The position numbers and the translations under genes are program-made. This document shows, piece by piece, positions 23,939 to 33,899 of a stretch of 40,287 nucleotides of DNA. A model generated the notes under the pieces. The model was not told the DNA's origin. It ran no database searches and saw only the letters and a program-made list of their open reading frames with translations. Every line of letters starts with the position of its first letter. The first letter of the stretch is position 1. The stretch spans positions 62,001-102,287 of the forward strand of contig JAPETS010000065.1 of assembly GCA_026023565.1 (NCBI GenBank), read 5' to 3'. The stretch comes from Cirrosporium novae-zelandiae. Lineage: Eukaryota.

Positions 23939-26211
23939 CTCGAGCAAATTTCGAAGCTAGGTCTTTGGTTGAGTTGTGAATTGTATTTGACATTATTGAG
24001 GATAAGATATTCAATATATAGATTTCCAAGTAGAAAGATGGATAACTATTCCATTGCTCTACAATGAGCCATGTTCAAGCTCAGTCATCAGAGCCATTCC
24101 AATAAACATTATCCTATTTGTCAGATGGTAGTAGTGAGCTGGCATCTGAGCCTGCATGTCTTGATAGCCATATGCAGGCTAGAAAAACATGAGGATGCTT
24201 ACTATGGACAAGCATCTAATTCGAAGTTCAATCTCGATCAAGCATAGAGGACTGATAGTCTATGTGTGTATGCTTATGCATCATGGAGACATATAGTGGT
24301 AGTTTATAGCTCAAGGACGTTTTTCAAAGTTATGAAGTTGAGGATGAAATCCCCGAAGATATCTCCGACACAGATTTCCGAGTGTTCTCGCCTTTCGCGC
24401 TTAGGAATTTGACAATACCGCCGAGGTTCTCAAAGTCTAGGATGAGATACTTCTCACCTTTCCTCCAAAAATTTCCTTTCCAGTGAGACCGTTAAGCCTC
24501 GCCCTCGCCGAGATGTTATTGATAAAGTACCTATGTAGTTTATTGATATCATAACGGAGATGGCGGAAATATAATGTGTTACTAAACCTCCCACATCAAA
24601 TCAACCGCCTTCAATTTCCATTCCTCCACACCCACGTCGAAACAATTCCCAGGTATTTGACATCAGAAATAGAAAGAATGATATAAACATATTCGCCACT
24701 GTAATTCTTGTATCTCCGCGGTGAGAGTAATGTCTGTTATTACTAAATTCAGCCAGTCTAGAGAAATCTCTGGGGTACTGGAGCAGATGTCTGAGCGGCC
24801 GTTGAAGGCGTCCCTCTGTTACACCAAGGGCTTGACTGCAGTCTAAGCTAAGAGAAGTTGATCATGGAACCAACTCTGCGATATTGTACAGGATATTTTG
24901 TGCTGACGCCTTGTGATAGGAGTAAGAGACGTATGTCTTTCTCTGAACCTAATGATTAGCCCCCTGCCGTTTCTGCAAAGAATATTGGAATGCGGAATAC
25001 ACAAACAGTATCGAGATTTGGTTGACTTGAGTCCTTGAGAAGCGAAACGCCCATTTCAAAAGATGACTGCAGATGGCTTGAGAATGTATAGAGGAGGACG
25101 ACCATAGAAGTCAGGGTTTACGTCCGTCATCACCAACTAGGTTCTTGCCACTTTCTTAATTGTTAAAAGAGTAAAGCTTAAATAGGACGAGTTGTTATCA
25201 TATGCTTCCAAACATCACGATCCATCTAATGATGTTTAGACGGGATAATCCACGGAGTCATAGGTCATGGGTATCTGATCTTTTGAATGGCCAACATGGA
25301 AAAAAGGAGTGACAGACACTACTATCTGTATTACTCATTGCATGGATATTGCTGACCTCCCTGAAAGTATGAAACATAATAGAGTGAAGGCAGGCAAGAT
25401 ACCAGCGTGCCAACTCATGAGAGACACTTAACACTCCTTCGTCTATCCGGCCTCCTATGCCGATGATCACCCATAAGCCATGAAAAATTGCCTGCACATA
25501 GCTACCGCACTTCAATATTCGCTGATAACCATCTAGCTCCACCATCAAATCCAACTCAGATTTTAACAAAGTTCTAGAATACATACTGATTAGACTGATA
25601 GACGAATTTCAGAACCTTGACGCTTTTTCCTAACATAGCCAACTACTAGGCGTACAGGTTGGTCAAGACAAGCATCTAGTTTCACTTGACTATAACCCAT
25701 TAATCCTAGATTATCAAACTATGTCTAGCGCCATATGCCGCTACGGATGTAGAGATAGTGTTCTACAAGGAATAGTTCCTTTGAAGGGTATTAATATTGC
25801 TAATGTTAAACAGTCATGACGTGTAATATTATGCTACACTTTGGAGCAACAGAATGAGAACCATATCCAGTTTTGGAAGTATGAACTACCAATGATACTT
25901 CAGTACGGAGAGGATGAATTGAACCGGTCCAGCAGTCTATTCAACAAAACCCCCTTGGGGAAGAGATTTGCTTCTGGGGGTTTGGACGGCTAAGACGATA
26001 CTCCGAGGGTGGGGTTAGTTCGTATTTTCCGTGTTACCCTTTATTCCTTACTCTGACTGATATCTTCAAGATGCGGAGATTTCAATTATTCACCTTCTTG
26101 CATATGCACAGAAATATTAGGAAACATACCTTTCCCCGCTCTGATAAGGAAATTCTAATATAATTCCTAGGTGATGTTTTCTAAGAGACGGGAAGTATTA
26201 TGAAGCGTGAG

Positions 26212-26219
26212 TATATAAA
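26212..26219 (+). promoter_or_regulatory. Putative TATA box of the GMC oxidoreductase gene
   Basis: TATATAAA about 120 bp upstream of the ATG at 26340. Confidence 0.5.
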
Positions 26220-26339
26220 GAGGATGCAGTTCCTCTGGAGAATATACCCATCAAGTTAATTTCTATCATCTCCACTCACTTGGATATCCGTGCTATTCTT
26301 TTAAATTCTCCTATGCTTTGAACTCCTATTAGGTCGAAA

Positions 26340-28406
26340 ATGGCAACTTCTATCTCCAAAGAGTATGATTTCATTGTTGTTGGGGGTAAAGGACTTGAAT
26401 GATTTCTCACGAAAGTCGTAGCTAATTTGTGAATTAGGTGGCACGGCTGGTAATGTTGTTGCTGGTCGCCTAGCAGAGAACCAAAAGGTTTCAATTCTTG
26501 TAATTGAAGCTGGCAAAGGGTTTATTTCTCCTTAATACTCTTATAATGCATATTCTACTGACACCAAGTCCACAACACCAGGAACCCCAGCGAAATTCCC
26601 GAAATCACCACACCAGCCCGTGCTTTCTCCCTCAGGGGTAGCGAGTATGACTGGGCTTACAAAACAACCATGATAGATCGGCCCGATTACGAGCGTGTCG
26701 AGAAACCGAATACCAGAGGCAAAGTTCTTGGTGGCAGCAGTTGTCTCAATTACTATACGTGGGTGAGGGGAAGTAAGCCCACTTTCGATGACTGGGCTGA
26801 ATTTGGAGGAGACACTTGGAATTGGGAGAACTGCAAGGAGTATTTTAACGCGGTGAGTATGCTTTATAGTGCATGAAGACTTTTTGCCAATGCTCAGACC
26901 ATAGGACTGACGATTACATTCAATAGCCTGCCTCATACCATGACGATAGCACCCTCTACAACCCGTCCCTCAGTAAAGTGGGCCACAAAGGACCTCTTGA
27001 CATTGCTATCTCTGACATGGTCCCTGAACTGGAGCCATTTCGTCAAGCTCTAACGAAAGCCTGGGTTAGCAAAGGACAGAAGCTCACTGAGGATATCTAC
27101 TCAGGCACAGTGAACGGGCTAGTCAAATGCATGAACACAATCTACAAAGGAGTTCGCTCATCTAGTGGAATTTTCATCAAGGGGAAGCCGAACGTGACAT
27201 TGTTGAGCCAGACTTTTTCCAAGAAGCTTGTTATTGAATCTAGAAAGGTTGTTGGAGTTACAGTCATTGGACCTGATGGGGAAGACGTCACATTCAAAGC
27301 GAAAAACGAAGTCATCGTTTCGCAGGGCGTCTTCGAGACACCTAAACTCCTTATGCTATCCGGAATTGGACCGGAAGAAGCCTTATCCGCTCACAATATC
27401 CAACCCGTCGTCATATCGCCCCACGTCGGTCAAAATCTCCTCGACCATCCCCTTATGCCATATGTTCGCCGTCTAAAGGATGGATATGGACTTGACGGTC
27501 ACCTGTTACGTGCAGGTCCAATGAACTCTGCAGCCATTTCTGCCTATCGAAAGAACCACACCGGTCCTCTCAGCAGCGGTCTCCTAGAACTCGTCGGATT
27601 CCCACGCATCGACAAGTACCTACAGACAAGCAAGGAATACGTTGCATACAAGAAAGCCCATGGAGATATCGATCCCTTCGGACCCTCAGGCCAACCGCAC
27701 TTCGAGATCGACTTCGTAGTAAGCTTAGCCCACTTCCCCACCCCCCCTTCTCCCTCAAACCTAACCCATACTAACCCTACCAACCAAGCCCATGTTCTCA
27801 GACGCCTTCCAATGGCACATCCCGACCCCACCCACCGGGGACTACCTAACTATCCTCGTCGACCTAGTACGCCCCCTATCCCGCAACGGGACCGTCACCC
27901 TCAACAGCACCAACCCCTTAGATCAACCGCACATAAACCTCAACTTCTTCTCCAACGACCTAGACCTCGTCGCCCTGCGCGAGGGCGTCCGCTTCGTTGA
28001 TGAAATCTTAACCCAGGGAGAAGGCATGAAGGATCTAATCGGCGAAGATTATCCTTGGCCAATGCCCCGCCATTCGGATGAGGCGATGAAGACGGCGATT
28101 TTGGAGAGGAGTCAGACTGGATTCCGTAAGTCCAAGCCTTATTTTCTCTCCCCCTCCTCTTTTTATACCCTATTCACTTTCCAAAAACCTAACAAACCAG
28201 ATCCATGCGGAACATGTCGTCTCTCCCCAAACATCGAAACAGGAGTCGTCGATCACGCGCTCAAAGTCCATGGAGTAAAAGATCTGCGTGTCGTTGATGC
28301 GTCTGTCATCCCTGTGATTCCGGATTGTCGGATCCAGAATTCGGTTTATATGATTGCGGAGAAGGTGGCGGATATGATTAAGAAGGAGTATGATGAACTT
28401 TATTAG
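26340..28406 (+). CDS. GMC oxidoreductase of the formate oxidase (FOD) type, ~577 aa
   Basis: Exons 26340-26385, 26438-26519, 26582-26852, 26927-27718, 27789-28125, 28201-28406. FAD motif DFIVVGGGTAG. The segments EKPNTRGKVLGGSS.LNY.TW, SGLLELVGFPRID, GQPHFE.DFV, AFQWH.PTP, QTGFHPCG and IPDCRIQNSVY closely match Aspergillus oryzae formate oxidase as I recall it, including its His/Arg active-site pair. No signal peptide. Confidence 0.88.
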
Positions 28407-29330
28407 GGGGTGGGAGTGGTAGTGGTGGTGGGGGAAACAAAATAGGTAGTATTGTATTAGGTTTAGGTAGGTGTTAATATGCAATATGCAATAGTCCTAG
28501 CCTAGCCTAGCCATGATGAACACGATGTACCATTCATTTCCCTTCCACACGCTGAATGTATATGTGTGATTTATTGATGCTTTTTGGGGTCTTTGGATCT
28601 TTGGCTCTTACGGGGGTGAGGAGAGAGAGAGAGAAAGGTATGATGATTGGTTACATTAAGTTATACATTAGACTCGTAGATATCGTAGATAGTATAGTAC
28701 TGACGGGGTTCTATATATCCATCCCATCTTATCCTGTTTTTGACACATTGCAGTCCCCCCCCCTGGCTGACACGGACACTCATGAATCCTTGGCTAATGT
28801 TAATAAACATATGTACGTAAGTAGTATTATATGTCGTCACGTGTGTCTCAAGCTAATGGATATATATGTATATGCTTTCCTTTCAGGTCGTCTCGAAGAA
28901 TATGTATGGCGTGTATATGTTCCTAGTGTACATATATTCAGGTTGTGATATTGGAATTAAGGTTGAGGTTTCTTGGGAAAGGGGTAGGGTTTTAGCGAAG
29001 GAGGTTGTTCTTGAGTAGGCTGGGTGGAGGGTCGTTGTGGGCCTTGGTGATATATCGGCTCTCTGGTGATAGCGTATTGAGGAAATGAGGGTGCGGTACG
29101 GTACTCGTAGCAACAGAGGAGGGCCTTTTACCATATCAAATTCAGGATTCTGAAAGATCTTGCAAGGGAGGTCGAAATTGCCCATTCTCAACGCGTGTGT
29201 CCAATAAGAGGAGCTTTAGGGCTGTTGGTCCCGTCGAGGTTCCAGTGTTCGTCGTGGAAACTTGTTTAATATCCGTGGAGACTAATATCCATCTCGAGGA
29301 GACAATGATGTATATCCAGAAACTCGGGGT

Positions 29331-30449
29331 TTAATCTTTATAATCTGTTTCAGTGCATGGACGGATGTTTTCGGCGAGTTTTTCAAATTCCACTAATTGA
29401 TCCTTCGGAATGGGATAGGAGTATTCAGGGCCAGGGTACTCGCGAGTTTTGACCTCTTCTATGATCCCGTATATGTTAGCCGTACGTTGCATGTACACTA
29501 TTGAAAGGAAGGAGTATATACCCTTATATTGTGTGATAGCCTTCATACTCTCTCCCCATACATCTCCGTACTTCTTCACGAACTTGGGAAGGAAACGACC
29601 CGGTGGAAAATGCCCAGTCATGTCAACCTGTACCAATACTTGTCCTGAGCAGCCATTTCCAGCTCCAATACCAATAGTCGGGATCTTTAGTTTTGATGTA
29701 ACTATTTGTGCCACCTCTGCTGGTACTGCTTCCAGAACCATGCCAAAGCATCCCGCGTCTTGTAGAGCATAGGCGTCACGCAGGAGGTTCAACGCAGAGG
29801 CTGTAGTCTTGCCTTGGACGCGGAAGCCACCAAGGAAATGTTGCCGTTGGGGAGTAAGGCCGATATGACCGAGAACAGGTATCCCAGCACGAGTGATTGT
29901 GCGAATTGTTGAGGCCATGCAAGCCCCTCCTTCTAGCTTGATAGAGGACATTCGACCTTCTTTGATGACACGGATAGCACTCATCAAAGCTTGAGAGGGA
30001 GAAATTTCGTATGTTCCCATGGGTAGATCACCAACGGTAAAGGCCCCTTTAGTTGCACGTGCAACGCTCCTACAGTGTAGAATCATGTCGTCGAGGACCA
30101 CTTCGCTAGTATCTTCCATCCCAAGCGCAACCATAGCAAGGCTGTCCCCGACCAGAATCATGTCCATACCGGCAGCGTCGGCAACATGAGCGCTAGGGAA
30201 ATCATGGGCAGTGAGCATTGTGATGGGTTCTTTTTTTGAATACATCGAGTGCAAGGTATGGATGGTGACTTTCTTGCGCTGGTTGATGGCAGGATCACCC
30301 ATCGGCGAGTGGGAGCTATGTCGAACCTGAGGCTGAGACGACATAATAAGCCATGGCGAAAGGTAACAACGGTTCGTGGAGTTGTTTTTTGATATTGATA
30401 TAGCCCTGTTGAGAATGTTCCTCGAGGGTAGTAGTGGTCGCAAAGCCAT
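29331..30449 (-). CDS. ECM31: 3-methyl-2-oxobutanoate (ketopantoate) hydroxymethyltransferase, PanB family, with mitochondrial-like presequence, ~351 aa
   Basis: Motifs ITMLTAHD, ILVGDSL.MV.LG, GDLPMG, KLEGG, GHIGLTPQ, IPTIGIGAG, PKFVK. One in-frame 63-nt intron at 29521-29459 (GTATAT..GCTAAC..TAG). Confidence 0.95.
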   Translation of the reverse strand: MALRPLLPSRNILNRAISISKNNSTNRCYLSPWLIMSSQPQVRHSSHSPMGDPAINQRKKVTIHTLHSMYSKKEPITMLTAHDFPSAHVADAAGMDMILVGDSLAMVALGMEDTSEVVLDDMILHCRSVARATKGAFTVGDLPMGTYEISPSQALMSAIRVIKEGRMSSIKLEGGACMASTIRTITRAGIPVLGHIGLTPQRQHFLGGFRVQGKTTASALNLLRDAYALQDAGCFGMVLEAVPAEVAQIVTSKLKIPTIGIGAGNGCSGQVLVQVDMTGHFPPGRFLPKFVKKYGDVWGESMKAITQYKGIYSFLSIVYMQRTANIYGIIEEVKTREYPGPEYSYPIPKDQLVEFEKLAENIRPCTETDYKD

Positions 30450-31471
30450 CGTTTCAAGGGGGATTTTTTAATTTTGAGTTCTCAGAGTGATCGCAAAGTG
30501 GCGGAGATGAAGAATAAGAAAGAGAAGAATCCATTGCGGCTAGTTAATGTGGTCTTTTATTCACAAATATCGTGATGGTACCTGCAGCGTACAGAAGAGA
30601 ATCTTACATTTTGAAGTTGAGAAATAAGATAAGCTTGTCGGTGATGCGGTAATGAGATGAGACGGATGGTCAAACCCGGAACCCTAGACAGCCGAGGCTT
30701 AAGTGGTAGACTTTAGTAACATGATCACGTGATGCCATTTGTATGATCGACAGGCAAAGACGTGGTATCCTAGCGAGAATAATATTTAGATGTACCAAGG
30801 GAGGTCGAGAAATGAATACAAATCCTCAAATCCTCAAATAATCCTATAATAGGACAATGTTTTCCTCACTATCACCGTTGAGTCAAGTACTGCATCTGCA
30901 TGAATGATGAAATCAGTGAGCATTATATGCAATGATTGGCATATGACCAAACTGCCTAGGCAATTAAATGACTCTGAATGACTTGACCTGGACTAACCCA
31001 ATAATCCTGCCCCACGCCTCCGTCCTCCGTCCTCCGCTTATTGCCCGCCTTTGATAGAGAGTACAATCAACTCGATTCCAGACACTTCCTACACAGAACA
31101 CCCCTTCATCTATCAACTCGCGCCTTCCACTGGCTAATTATATTATTTATTCAACCACTGATTACATTGCTTTGGCCCTTCACGTCAACCCTCCGTTTGT
31201 TAAGCGTCCAAAGATATCTCCTTTGCCAACAAAGCTTGTCCCAGATTTCTTTATCACTAGGACTACCCGAACGAGCAAAGTTGTTTGCTTTCCCACTTTC
31301 TATTTTCCAGGATTCTTCTTAGCAGACTCTATTCTCCATATATTAGTGGTCTTTTCCGGGATCTTTTCAGCAACCATTTCGTGATCCTTTTGTGACCTTC
31401 TCACCATCGATACCGCCATTCTCTACCAGTCTCCTTTGCTGTAAAAGCAATTATATCATCAAACTCTCAAA

Positions 31472-32483
31472 ATGAGTAGTCCTAAGAGAAGAATCGAGAC
31501 GGATGTGAGTATGGCTTGGCTACACAAGAAAGAAACTGGATACTGTTAGGAGATTGGTGCTGATAATAGCTTTCTGGGGTTCTTATAGGTGATGAAGTAA
31601 GTATCGAAGGATTTCATACAATATCCTCAATATACTAATCGTTTAATAGGATGTATGTTATCTATAACAAACCCTCAATCAGGGGGTTGCTATCATCATC
31701 AATCGTGATGGCTCTCGCTAACTTGATGACCAAAGGTTGATGAGTGACTATGAAGTGACACTCGTAAATGATAACAGTTAGTCTACGCCTTCATTATACT
31801 ACAGTAATCTCTAACATAAAAACAGTGTTTGTCTTAATCACATCCCTTGGCCTGGAGGGCTATATAATGTCAGGATGCTTATTGTCTTAATAGGCAAGAA
31901 TTTTACGTCCGCTTCAAAGGGCCAAGTGAGAGTACGTCATGACCACATTTGCACATTATTAGAATATCATTGACTTAATATACTTGTAGCACCTTTTGAG
32001 GGTGGTGTCTGGAAAGTTCACGTCGAGCTACCAGATCAATACCCCTATAAGAGCCCCAGCATCGGGTTCGTGAACCGCATATTCCACCCAAACATCGATG
32101 AACTATCTGGCTCCGTCTGTCTTGATGTGATCAATCAGACTTGGTCTCCAATGTTTGATATGATCAACATTTTCGAAGTTTTTCTCCCACAGCTTCTCCG
32201 ATACCCTAATCCTACCGACCCGCTCAACGGCGAAGCAGCAGCTATGTTAATGAGGGAACCAAACATTTATAATGCCAAAGTGAAAGGTATGTTTTTCATG
32301 CGCGGCAGGAAACGTTTTATATCTAGTGGCTGGTTACTGATAGGCACAGAATATGTTGCAAAGTATGCTTCGAAAGATGCTGCAGACGAGGCAGGTGAAG
32401 ATACAGAGGAAGATGACGAGATGAGTTCTGTAGGCAGCTTTAAATCAGAAGATGAGCCTGCTGGCACTATGGATGAGGTATGA
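31472..32483 (+). CDS. UBC8: Ubiquitin-conjugating enzyme E2 (Ubc8/UBE2H family), 184 aa, 8 exons including microexons
   Basis: Exons 31472-31504, 31589-31596, 31650-31652, 31736-31776, 31826, 31894-31931, 31990-32286, 32350-32483 give [95 protein letters not shown].. and an acidic tail. Confidence 0.93.
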
Positions 32484-33084
32484 AGTTGTTACTCAATAGA
32501 CCTCATTGGATGTCGGCATACTAAGGGACAATTTTCGGTTTGGTGGGCTGTCTTGTCTTCCCGCTGGTGACTGTCACATAATGCGCTGGTTGCATACTTG
32601 GAGACCAGGAGTAAATTGAATGTGTGGGTAGCTTTAACAGCTGGATGGCGCTCCTCGTCTTGGGAATGAAGCCTTATTACATGGGAGATGGTTTATTATG
32701 GTTTAGCATTGACATGGATCTCTTGTTTTTATTTGTTAGATGAACACGATTTTATGTTCAATCAGGATTAAGGAACTCCTCTCTGTTGCCAGCTAAAATG
32801 GGGATGAATTGTTTAATTATCATAAAGTTCAAATTCCCGAATGCTCTGGTCCGGAAACGGGTAAAGTTGATGGTCTCGGCTAATAGTAATGTATGAGTGT
32901 GAAACAACAGCAGCTGAACAACGTTTCCGCGCATGATTGCCTAGAATGCCGTAAACATATGACCTACATTATACAAATGCCTCTAAATATATCTAATAAA
33001 TATCACAACTACCCTCTATTAGTTTCATAATCATGAACAAACAATCTAAGTATCTACTCGGCGTACTGGTCGCATTTCTGCATC

Positions 33085-33899
33085 ATGGCTCAACCTATCG
33101 AGCTTCCAAACCTGCTAGTGCTATGCGATGAGCTCTTGCTTCAAGTCTTTGACCTGCTTGATCTTCCAGACTTGCTTGCGTGTTCGAGGGTATGCTCTTG
33201 CTGACGAGTTGAAGCCGTTGAAGCTGTAGATGGCATTATAGAGCTTGCTGTTAATATAAATCCCAGACATGTCATCGTCTCCGAGCCCTCGCATGTGATC
33301 CTATTCTCCATGCCCATCGACTTCAATTTGCTTCCCTCCGTCTATCACATTCGCTCACCCAAAGACCTCCTCTTTCCTCTCTACGGCCGCCTAGAGGAAC
33401 AATATACATATCTCCCACTCATGCCGTCGCACGAAAGATATCCCGTTCTCTCGTGAGCATTAAACTGAGTCGATCGCTTTCTCACCGCCCTTCGGCTTCG
33501 AGCCTTGTGAATAGTAATATTTTGCCCGAAGAATGCTTCAAGCGTGATTTATCCTCTGGACAAGTTATTTGGGGTGGTGTAATATCACCTTCAATAATTA
33601 GTGTAAAGCGCCAAGTGGAAAAAGAGAAGTTAAAAGATGGGTTGAGAGCATGGCTTGTTGGGAAAGCCGAGTTAGTAGAAAAGAAAGCAGCAGCCCAGAA
33701 TGAAATTGTGGAAGAAGAGAAGCCTAGTGTTAGGATGCTTGTAAGGAGATTTGGAAGAAGAGCTGTGGGGAGTGATAACAAAGAAACAAGATGGGGACGT
33801 GCGGCTAAGGACCGGAAGGCTGGTGCCCCTACAAGGGCCCACGTATTAGGACTAAGAAGATTTTGGGAGGCAGTTGCAAGACAGAGTTCTGCCGTGTGA
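33085..33899 (+). CDS. F-box domain protein with RPEL-like repeats, ~245 aa
   Basis: Exon 1 33085-33189, intron 33190-33266 (GTATGC..CAG), exon 2 33267-33899. F-box motif LLVLCDELLLQVFDLLDLPDLLACSR|TCHRLRALACDP. RPEL-like motifs LSHSLTQRPPLSSL and LSRSLSHRPSASSLVNSNIL. Confidence 0.78.

Noticed and set aside
25258..25584. 108-aa ORF between catalase and FOD as a third cluster gene
   Set aside because: No recognisable domain or splice structure.
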